Assembly: GCF_006345805.1 (NCBI RefSeq)
Contig: NC_043000.1
Span: forward strand, 129,704,001 to 129,768,000
Source: Octopus sinensis
Lineage: Eukaryota
Direction of reading: 5' to 3'
Length of the DNA stretch: 64,000 bases
A program made the translations under genes and the position numbers. Below are positions 53,371 through 64,000 of this stretch, piece after piece. Under the pieces are notes generated by a model. The model was not told the DNA's origin and ran no database searches. It was given only the letters and a program-made list of their open reading frames with translations. Each line of letters starts with the position of its first letter. The first letter of the stretch is position 1.

Positions 53371-53786
53371 TATTTCTTTACTACCCACAAGGGGATAAAC
53401 ACAGAGGGGACAAACAAGGACAGACAAACGGATTAAGTAGATTACATCGATCCCAGTGCGTGACTGGTACTTAATTTATCGACCCCGAAAGGATGAAAGG
53501 CAAAGTCGACCTCGGCGCAATTTGAACTCAGAACATAACGACAGACGAAATACCTATTTCTTTACTACCTACAAGGGGATAAACACAGAGGGGACAAACA
53601 AGGACAGACAAACGGATTACGTAGATTACATCGACCCCAGTGCGTAACTGGAACTTAATTTATCGACCCCGAAATGATGAAAGGCAAAGTCGACCTCGGC
53701 GGAATTTGAACTCAGAACATAACGGCAGACGAAATACGGCCATGCATTTCGCCCGGCGTGCTAACGTTTCTGCCAGCTCGCCGCCT
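53371..53786 (-). mobile_element. SINE family A (head + two 184-bp units)
   Basis: Unit starts at 53371 and 53555. Possible imperfect 10-bp TSD gtactgtacc / gtactatacc. Confidence 0.9.
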
Positions 53787-54204
53787 TGTACTATACCGCC
53801 TTAAAAATGATAAAAAAGTACATTAGAGAATATAGTCTGAGACACTATTTCGGAAAGTATGGAATGATCAGGAGTGGTGGTACATATTTCATCATATGCC
53901 TGCTGAGTAAGAGCTGAGCTGGGGTTAAAAAGCAACAGTAACACTAACGAATACAGCTGTGAGGTCCAGCGTAATTTCAAACATATTATTTTCAATGAGA
54001 TGATACTGGGGAATCAACTTATGATAATAATAATAATGGTTTCAAAATGTGGTATTAAGTCAGCAATTTCAATGATCAGACGGTTACATCAACCCCAGTG
54101 TTTGACCACGAGAGGATGAAAGGTAAATTTAGCCTATGGCTAGATTTGAACTCAGAACAATAGAGCCAGAAGAAATGCCGCTCGTCTTTTTGTGCAACGC
54201 ACCA

Positions 54205-54625
54205 ACGGTTCTTATTTCTGTATTGCCAAAAATGGGCTAAACATAGAAGGGACAAACAAGGACAGACAAAACGGTTAAGTCGATCACATCGACCCCAGTG
54301 CGTAACTGGTACATAATTTATCGACCCCGAAAGGATGAAAGCCAAAGTCAACCTAGGCGGAATTTGAACTCAGAACGTAACGGCAGGCGAAAATACCTAT
54401 TTCTTTATTGCCCACGAGGGGCTAAACACAGAGAGGACAAACAAGGACAGACAGACGGATTAAGTCGATTATATCGATTCCAGTGCGTAACTGGTACTTA
54501 ATTTATCGACCCCGAAAGGATGAAAGGCAAAGTCGACCTCGGCGGAATTTTGAACTCAGAACATAACGGCAGATGAAATACTGCTAAGCATTTCGCCCTG
54601 TGTGCTAACGTTTCTGCCAGCTTGG
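54205..54625 (-). mobile_element. SINE family A (head + two units), with further diverged copies to ~54930
   Basis: Homology to the other family A copies. Confidence 0.85.
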
Positions 54626-57600
54626 TGTCTTATAAGCACAAAGGCAACGATTATGAAGGGAGTGAAGTGGTCGATACGATCGACACCCGTTACTTGCAGC
54701 CAATACTTTACTTTATCCTCTCCGAATAGATGAACGGCAAATTTCACTTTGGCCGGATTCAAATTCAGAACGTAAAGTGCTGGAAGAAATACTGCAAGGT
54801 ATTTCGTCCGAAGCTCTAATACTTGACTGAAACTTAATTTTAACACCAGTACTTGATTGAAACTTTATTTTATCGACCCCAGAAAGATGAAAAACAAAGT
54901 TAACCTCGAGCAGGATTTCAACTTAGAACATAAGGGGATCGTGTTGGTAAAATGTTAGCTTCTCCAAACTCATACAGCAACTAAACGTATCTCATTCCAG
55001 CATCAGCTTCGTTTTTGGCTTACTATTGTCCACCTTCACCAGTTTCCTCAGTTTACAGGTCTTATTTTATTACTATTGTTAGAGTGTCTCTTTCTTAAGC
55101 TTTATCACAAAGTACGCCGTTTGTTTCCACTATCTTTTAAGTGAAGTTCAGTTGTTCAGTACATTATATGCATAACAGAAATTCCTTAGAATCTATAATA
55201 TAAGATTATGTAAGAATTTTGACAGATCTTTTTCTAAAATAGAGACCAAGAGTAGAAATATTCAAGCTGCTGACAAAATTCTATTATTATGCATGGGTAT
55301 GTAACAATGTAAATGTTGGAAAATGAAAGTAGCGTTGACAGGTTAAGTAGTATCTCTTGAAACAGTAATTATTGCATTATTTCAATGTTAAGCTGTCACA
55401 ATCCAGGGTACAATAGATTACGATAATGAAATAAAATATAGAGAGAATCCTCGTAACCACTAAATGTATTAGGAATTAGGGTCTAAACACGAAAGTATTA
55501 AATATATAATGCAGTTGTGTTCAAGACATCAAAGTTATACATTAATATCATGCTACATCAACTATAGTTAATAACGCCTATAGATAAGGCGTCACGTTGA
55601 AATGTAAAACAGAAATGCTGGCACAACGCCTGTGTATATGGGGCTTGTAGGAGTATGGGTAATTGACTTCACCCCAGTATATGACAGACGGTAATGTTGA
55701 CTTCGGTCTGGTTTGAAGTCAGAAGGAAAAGATCAAGAAGAAATACCGTAAGACATTTTGTTCAACGCTCCAACGGTTTTGTCAATCTACTTATCTATAA
55801 TTGTTGTTGCTTTTAGACCAAGAGCGATTTTGACTTCCTTATGATCAAAGACGCATTCCAACCGTGAGCATCATATATATTTGTGTATGAACACCATAGG
55901 ACAATGTGTCTTCTTTTTAAGAGAGTTGTATGTGATTTGATGAAGAATTAGCTATTATTTCTAAACGTTCAAACGATGACGTAGAGGCTCTGTGGTGAGT
56001 AAATTTATCATTTACCCTGTTAGAAATTAAAAATCAGAATTCACCGCTGGTTTTATTATTTTCAGAAATATATATTTTTTCCGCTCATAAATTTTCACTC
56101 TTATCCGTAAACATTTCTGCATGCATTGGTATTTGTTGTTATTTATTCCTAGGTCAGTCTTGATTAAGCAGACTTATGATCAAAGGCGCAATGCCACGAC
56201 ATAGAGGTTTCTCTAGTTGGCTCGTATAACGATATTTAGTGGTAGTGGAAGAGGTCATGTGATACTATAATATTAACTACGTTGCCTTTAACTTATATTA
56301 AAGATGTCTTACACTTTAGATCGTGTCTGTGTAAAATTTTTAGATTTTGCTTGTATTATGTTGAAGTCTATTTCCTCACGGTTGGTTCGTGTCTTTGATT
56401 ATTATGAACAAAGCAGAGTTATGAGGTCTAAAGAATCCCTGCTGATAATGGCCTCACAGTATTTTCGAATTTTCTTTTGTTAAAATCAATATATATTCAG
56501 AAATGATTTGGTGAAAATATACAGATAGAACAGTAAAGAAAAGAATAAAACACAGATCGACTGACATACAAGATAGCATAACAAAGAAAATATAAGGAAA
56601 ATGAGCAAATGATGAATGTTATATGCATTGACCAAGCTAATTCGCCGTTTATTATCATGTTACTTTGGTATTGTTGACTTTGGTTTTCTTTCTTATACTT
56701 GTAGAGAGAAATAGTGCCTTGTGTTGTCTTTAATTATAATTCCATTCACATCTAGGATGTGGTATGGCAATATAAATCGACTCCTGTACTTGAGTGGGGC
56801 ATTATTTTATCGGCCTTTGATGGATGAAAGGCAATGTTAACTTGGCGTGAATCGAACTCAAGACAAAAAGTCGTAACTAAATATTGCAAAGCATTTTATC
56901 CGATACTCAAACAATTCTGCCATGAACCTCAATATACCGCTGGTATGTATTTATTTTCTCGATCTAGAATGTATTAGCGAATAATAGTGATGCTAATTTA
57001 GTGCAGAGTATAAAAGCAAAATATGGAAGGATAACACGAAATAACGTTAATCATTTAGTCTGGTGCCATAGGTTTCTCTGAGTATTTATTAAGATAGACT
57101 TCAAAATCTGTATTTCCCACAAAAGCACGTCCAGTCCTTACACTCCTTTGAACTATTTTCTTTCTCTCACTCGCATACAGTGAAATACTCCTTTTCTGAA
57201 AAACTGTGCATTTGATTATTCATTCCAGTGTATTTCAGTGTACCAGTAATTGCTATGGGTAAGTTATTTAATAAAAACGATTCTTTAATAATCATTGTAT
57301 TAAATTTCTAATAATATTTACATTATTTGCTTGTATTTCTTTGATATTTTCATATAAAATTACGTATGCATGTTTACATCTGTTAAAATAGTTTATTAAA
57401 GCAAACTTCAAAGTGAAATAATATAGAATTAGTTTGTAGAATCGAACACGTACCTACTTCAGTGCTAATATTCAATGTAGCGGTTGTTTTTGTTGTTGTT
57501 ATTGTTTAGCTCCGCACCCCCCTAGCAATACAAGCTTATTATGAAGATACTCCTCTCATGAGTGTCCATCTTTTATTCAGGCTTGATGTATCCACCATGT

Positions 57601-58721
57601 GCTTCCTTTTGCAATATCCTAGGCTGTTATTTGAGGGGCATATAGCTGCTGTTTATAGTATACTTAGATATATTTTAATTAACTCGTGAAATAAGGGCAA
57701 TTACACAGCAGCATTCCAATTTAGCTCTCATGTCACATTTATTTTCACAATACCATTTAACAAAGGAGCTTCAACGTTACGCGACTTTCTCGAAACAACA
57801 GTAAAATTACTCCTACAAATCATATCACACTATCTTAAGAATGGGAATGACCTGGATAATTTAGTTCCATGACTGAAAAACCCTAGCAAAACCGATACTA
57901 AGAACATCAGTGAGAAGACTATTTAAATCATATTGTCCTAATTTTCTCATCACAAAAATGCAAATCTCATATATATATATATTTTTATATACATACATAT
58001 ACACACATATGTGCATGAGTTCCATATATATATATATATATATATATATATGACACACATGTATACCTGTGAGTGCGTTGATGCATAAGTGACACGTATC
58101 TGTATGTGTGCACGCGCGCATTTTATAAAAAGTCGTCTAACAAATTGCTACATTACTTTATAATGAATGTTTTGCCTCCATTTTTCTCCATATCTACAGC
58201 ATGCAATGTTTACTTAATATACAATACATTATGTATGTCAGTCTTAATAGAAATTTCGTGATTGCTTTTGTATTTCTTAATGGCCTTATATACATGTATG
58301 CTTACAGATAGCACATGCGCGCGCACAGACACAGACACATGTACATTTCTATGTATACATATACATCTATTTATGTACGCATGTATTTACGTTACTTTGA
58401 TTCTACTTTAGAATTTCCTAACCTTTGTCATAGCCGCATGGCCTAGAAGCTTACAATTAGTTCCATAAAGCACACGTTTCTAGTATCGTATAACCTGTAC
58501 GGCACTAATTACAAATGTCTCGTACCATTCATGTATCTGAAAGTAGTCGAGAGAAATTATGTGGGATGTCAAAGTATTAGCTAATGAAATTTTCAGTAGA
58601 CAATAAATATGTTAAAACTATGCATTACTTATTAAATACTTTGTTCTTTTTTATCGTTATTGCTCGTGCATATCTTTGGTTCACGAGCGCATGCGCACAA
58701 ACATGCATGTGATTTTAAGCG

Positions 58722-58756
<35 letters not shown>

Positions 58757-58758
<2 letters not shown>

Positions 58759-59010
58759 TCTTTACTACCCACAAGGGGCTAAACATAGAGGGGACAAACA
58801 AGGACAGGCAAAGGGATTAAGTCGATTACATCGACCCCAGTGCGTAACTGGTACTCAATTTATCGATTCCGAAAGGAGGAAAGGCAAAGTCGACCTTGGC
58901 GGAATTCGACTTTGCCTTTCATCCTTTCGGGGTCGATAAATTAAGTAACAGTTACGCACTGGGGTCGATGTAATCGACTTAATCCCTTTGTCTGCCCTTG
59001 TTTGTCCCCT
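58757..59010. mobile_element. Head-to-head pair of truncated SINE A units forming a foldback
   Basis: 58789-58893 is the reverse complement of 58906-59010, with a 12-nt spacer. Confidence 0.9.
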
Positions 59011-59314
59011 TTTTACGTATTATATATATATACGTATCTATGGGTCTAATGTTGTTAATTCTTTTTATTAGAGCTTCCACAGAGCTGTTTTGTGTTTTTT
59101 GCATAGTCAAACATTTTGAACTGTATGGAGAATTATTCTAATCTTACCAGCCATATATATATATATATATATATATATGCAAATATAAGTGTGAGTATGT
59201 ATGTGTGGGGGTATTATGATATATATATAATGGACAAAGAGTGTAAGAAATTTAATGTGGTTAGACGACAAGTTGTTGTGCGTACACCGTGGTATATGTA
59301 TGTATGTATGTATG

Positions 59315-59344
<30 letters not shown>

Positions 59345-59345
<1 letters not shown>

Positions 59346-60125
59346 ACTTTGATACTTTGATACTTTGATAGGTTTCGGCCATTATTGGCCCAGGCCATGT
59401 CTAACTTAATAGCACCACCTGGTGAAGTCTTTCAAGTCAGAATTTGGGCACTATGGCCCACTCAAGTAGAGAGTTATTGTTTACAGAGACATATCCGGGT
59501 GTAGGGGGTTTATCCGGGATTTCTTGAAGGAATCTGTCCAAAGACTTCTTGAACCCTATAGGGTCAGTTTCTGTTTTAATGTGTTTTGGTGTAATGTTAA
59601 AGAGAGCGGGGCCATTGAGGTGAATAATTGTGCCGTATTGTTGTTATGAGATGAGAGTGCGATTTTTGTTTTGGGCGGATGGCACGGGGCCCAAGCCTTG
59701 GATGTACCTTAAAGGTGATGCCAACATCATTTGGGCAATGCTGATGGAATATTTTCCACATCATGCAGATGCTGTAGCGCTCACGACGACGTTGGAGAGA
59801 ATAGAGTTTTAGAGTTTTAGCTTTTCTAGTCGACCCCAATAGTCGAGGCCTGTCATGCCATCTATCTTTTTTGTGATTGCCCTTTGAGGTGCTTCAACTT
59901 TTATGATACCTTGTATTGTGTGGGGAGACCACAGTGGACAACAGTATTCAAGGTGGGGTCGGGCAAAAGTGGAGAAGAGAAGGATAATGGTGTGGATATC
60001 TCTCGACTGGAAAGTTCTGAGAATCCAGGAACACATTCTGCGGGCCATGTCAACTTTGGTGTTTATATGAGTGGCCCAGCTTATGTTGTTGTCCACAATT
60101 ACTCAAAACTTGCTATTCTCTTTGT
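59345..60125 (-). mobile_element. CR1-group LINE 3' fragment, copy 1
   Basis: DNNISWATHI..RPHLEYCCPLWSP..QRAITKKIDGM..LDYWGRLEKLKL / YSLQRRRERY.., with an (ATCAAAGT)3 tail. Confidence 0.9.
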
Positions 60126-60472
60126 ACACAAAAGATAAAGAGAATGCCCTGAAACGATTCATACACACTCATGCACACTCCCCACGCGCCTACACACATA
60201 ACAGCAACTGAAACTTAATTTCACCACCATTACTCCTAGTTTCATATTGCAGGGGTCGTAAACATTCTGATTTTAATATCCCAATTATACATTTAAGAAA
60301 AACTTTGCAGTACTTATTAAACACTATTTTTATTGCCACTCTTCCTCGTACACATCTTTGACTCACGTACGCATGCGCACATACGCATATATTGTTAAGT
60401 TGATTAAATAGATATATATATATTGGATGTAAATATAGATAATTCTTTTTACTATAGCTCCCACATAGCTAA

Positions 60473-60527
<55 letters not shown>

Positions 60528-60663
60528 GCAAATATAAGTGTGAGTATGTATGTGTGGGGGTATTATGATATATATATAATGGACAAAGAGTGTAAGAAAT
60601 TTAATGTGGTTAGACGACAAGTTGTTGTGCGTACACCGTGGTATATGTATGTATGTATGTATG

Positions 60664-60695
<32 letters not shown>

Positions 60696-60698
<3 letters not shown>

Positions 60699-61478
60699 TT
60701 TGATACTTTGATACTTTGATAGGTTTCGGCCATTATTGGCCCAGGCCATGTCTAACTTAATAGCACCACCTGGTGAAGTCTTTCAAGTCAGAATTTGGGC
60801 ACTATGGCCCACTCAAGTAGAGAGTTATTGTTTACAGAGACATATCCGGGTGTAGGGGGTTTATCCGGGATTTCTTGAAGGAATCTGTCCAAAGACTTCT
60901 TGAACCCTATAGGGTCAGTTTCTGTTTTAATGTGTTTTGGTGTAATGTTAAAGAGAGCGGGGCCAATTGAGGTGAAATAATTGTGCCGTATTGTTGTTAT
61001 GAGATGAGAGTGCGATTTTTGTTTTGGGCGGATGGCACGGGGCCCAAGCCTTGGATGTACCTTAAAGGTGATGCCAACATCATTTGGGCAATGCTGATGG
61101 AATATTTTCCACATCATGCAGATGCTGTAGCGCTCACGACGACGTTGGAGAGAATAGAGTTTTAGAGTTTTAGCTTTTCTAGTCGACCCCAATAGTCGAG
61201 GCCTGTCATGCCATCTATCTTTTTTGTGATTGCCCTTTGAGGTGCTTCAACTTTTATGATACCTTGTATTGTGTGGGGAGACCACAGTGGACAACAGTAT
61301 TCAAGGTGGGGTCGGGCAAAAGTGGAGAAGAGAAGGATAATGGTGTGGATATCTCTCGACTGGAAAGTTCTGAGAATCCAGGAACACATTCTGCGGGCCA
61401 TGTCAACTTTGGTGTTTATATGAGTGGCCCAGCTTATGTTGTTGTCCACAATTACTCAAAACTTGCTATTCTCTTTGT
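60696..61478 (-). mobile_element. CR1-group LINE 3' fragment, copy 2
   Basis: As copy 1. C-terminus GPALFNITPKHIK..FKKSLDRFLQEIPDKP..NNSLLEW intact. Frame broken by an 8-bp duplication (aaaactct). Confidence 0.9.
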
Positions 61479-61828
61479 ACACAAAAGATAAAGAGAATGC
61501 CCTGAAACGATTCATACACACTCATGCACACTCCCCACGCGCCTACACACATAACAGCAACTGAAACTTAATTTCACCACCATTACTCCTAGTTTCATAT
61601 TGCAGGGGTCGTAAACATTCTGATTTTAATATCCCAAATTATACATTTAAGAAAAACTTTGCAGTACTTATTAAACACTATTTTTATTGCCACTCTTCCT
61701 CGTACACATCTTTGACTCACGTACGCATGCGCACATACGCATATATTGTTAAGTTGATTAAATAGATATATATATATTTGAATGTAAAATATAGATAATT
61801 CTTTTTACTATAGCTCCCACATAGCTAA

Positions 61829-61873
<45 letters not shown>

Positions 61874-61877
<4 letters not shown>

Positions 61878-62767
61878 GTCTGATCAATAAGTATCCGGTC
61901 TGTTGGCATAATAACGAAGCTAAAGTACTCAGAGTGAAGCCGCATGGCACAGATTGACCGTGCACTCCACTGTGCATGCGCACTAAATTTTAACGTTCTA
62001 GCTCACTTCTGCTGTTTTCAGCAGTGCATGGAAGGAAGGTGCACAGCGTGTATTCGTCGCATTGACCATGACAGAGAAAGTTGTCATGCCGATACCTTCT
62101 CAGAGGCCTGCGTAAAGTTGCAGAAAGTATGGAGTGGAGTGTATGAACCACACACAAGTGTACGAGTGGTTCTGGCGTTTCCAAGTCGGCCGAAAAAAAT
62201 GTTGTTATTGACGAACATTCTGGGAGACCCGCAACTAGCAAAACAGAAAAACATTGCAGATGTGAGCTTAGCTGTGCGGGGAAATCATTGAATCACCATC
62301 TGTGAGTTATCAGAGGATGTACAAATTAATCACGATTCAGTTCAGTCCATTATCACCGAAAATTTGTGTATGACGCTCATATCTACCAAGTTTGTGTCAA
62401 AACTGCTTTCAACTGACCTAAAAGACGCCCGGGTTTCAGTTGCACAAGATCTTGGTTGTGTCGAGAACGATGAAAACTTTTTGAAAACTTTGTGTAGGCT
62501 TCTGAGCTGGTATCGCAAGGCTTTTTGGCAACATTTGATGCAAATTCTCTGCTCAACGTTCTCTGTCATTGTCAATGTGACGATCACACGCGACACACCT
62601 TCCTTCTAACCACTGCTATAAACAGTGGAGGAGTGAACTAGAATGCTAAAATTTAGAATGCATGCACCGCAGGGTTCATGGTCAATGCGTGCCAAGCAGC
62701 TTCACTCTGCGTGCTTTAGCGTTGTTACTATGGCAACAGTCCAGATACCTATTGATCAGACCACGCA
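61874..62767 (+). mobile_element. Mariner relic with transposase N-terminus and an inverted copy of its own 5' end
   Basis: Left end ta tgaggtctgatcaataag. Broken ORF from 62068 (MTEKV..QVYEWF.RFQ..DE.SGRP..ITI.ELS..SVQSIITENL..KFVSKLLSTDLK). 62494-62767 is a diverged reverse complement of the left end, including MTENVEQRICIKCCQK. Confidence 0.85.
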
Positions 62768-62778
62768 TACACACACAC

Positions 62779-62821
<43 letters not shown>

Positions 62822-62830
62822 TTATGTATG

Positions 62831-62877
<47 letters not shown>

Positions 62878-63011
62878 GTGTGTGTGTATGTGTGTGTGTG
62901 TGTGTGTGTATCTCCTCTACATAAACAGGGGAAGGAAATGGACGATGTGTGAAAATGAGGTATGCAGCGGGTGTGAGAAGGAATTGTACAGATAAAAAGG
63001 CTGACACAGAA

Positions 63012-63061
<50 letters not shown>

Positions 63062-63099
63062 AAGAGAGGTAGAGAGAAGATAAAAGAGAAGAAAAAGAA

Positions 63100-63130
<31 letters not shown>

Positions 63131-63684
63131 TGAAAAGAACAGAAAACGGGAAGGATAACAATGCAAAAATTGTATGCAACAAACGAATAAAAAGCCTAAA
63201 CCTGACTAGATGTAGTCAGAACCGAGGAAGAATAGAACTTGAATAATGTCAGCTGCCTACTTTCTTATTCCTCTCGCAATTCTCTCTAATAAACACTACC
63301 TTTTTCTATAAAGCTAGTTGAAATTATGTTATACAGAGAGAGTTCCACTTCATTCTATATTTCGTCTCTGTCATTCCGTTATGTTTCTTTAGCTTTCTTT
63401 TTCACTTCCTCTCTTTTTCTTTGCGTACGCCTTGTTACTTTCTCTAATGATATATTGTTGCTTTATCCCTTTACATATTTTACCCTTCATCCCGCCTCCC
63501 CAGTCAACATTCCATGCTTTGACCCGATTTAAATCTTGAATGCTTAATTTTCACTTGGACAATCACAGTATTTACAAATTACGTTGTGGGCAAATATCTA
63601 TCAGTCTGTCTCTGTACTACTTTACATTTGTTGAAGTGGTGTGTATATATATATATATACATACACACACACATAATCGTACAC

Positions 63685-63715
<31 letters not shown>

Positions 63716-64000
63716 ATATACATATATAAATTGATGTGTGTATTTCCCCTTGTTAACAATTAACACGGAAAAAAATATATATAGTTACCAGGGTAGCAAA
63801 AAATCACACAAGTAAAAAGGTTGTAACTCCTTGTATTTAAACGTAGAAACTTCGGATTTACGTGAAACATTTTCTATAATATATATAAATAAATAAATGG
63901 AGTTAAACGCAGGTGTTAATTCTCTCAATCTCGATACCTTATGACAAAGGCAAGGAATTCTGTCTGCTCTGTGATTCTGATCTATTTTTTAATACTTTTT

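Larger units (their letters stand above)
59151..61830. repeat. ~1.35-kb direct tandem duplication
   Basis: Homologous positions are offset by 1351-1353 bp (e.g. 59437/60788, 59809/61162) and the boundaries lie in (TA)n. Confidence 0.9.

Noticed and set aside
53371-54625. Regularly spaced repeats resembling a CRISPR array
   Set aside because: Contiguous 184-bp SINE units without unique spacers, no cas genes, eukaryotic context.
58687-58698. GCGCATGCGC NRF1/ewg-type palindrome
   Set aside because: Lies in a CA/TG-rich repeated segment, is degenerate in the sister copies, and has no other promoter evidence.

Overview
AT-rich, microsatellite-dense eukaryotic genomic DNA. The SINE families and repeat landscape resemble an Octopus (coleoid cephalopod) genome; this is recognition, not a database result. 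The only host coding sequence I can support is one minus-strand exon (8933-9059) carrying the start and first transmembrane segment of a tetraspanin, whose other exons I did not find in the window. The rest is intron/intergenic sequence packed with mobile-element debris. It holds at least four tRNA-derived SINE families, relics of CR1-group, RTE, R4/Dong and Penelope retroelements, hAT and mariner DNA transposons, a Helentron-associated-like element, several foldback/MITE hairpins and a 5'-truncated tRNA-Gly pseudogene. Near the end is a ~1.35-kb near-identical tandem duplication. Almost all ORF-track ORFs are microsatellite artefacts. The most interesting signal is three independent minimal hammerhead-ribozyme-like motifs sharing a palindromic GAAACGUU stem III, one of them inside a tRNA-headed SINE-like element. 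Also notable are SINE concatemers of a 184-bp unit, a 3' tail shared between a SINE and a LINE, and many long inverted repeats that could form dsRNA. I found no CRISPR, rRNA or prokaryotic system.
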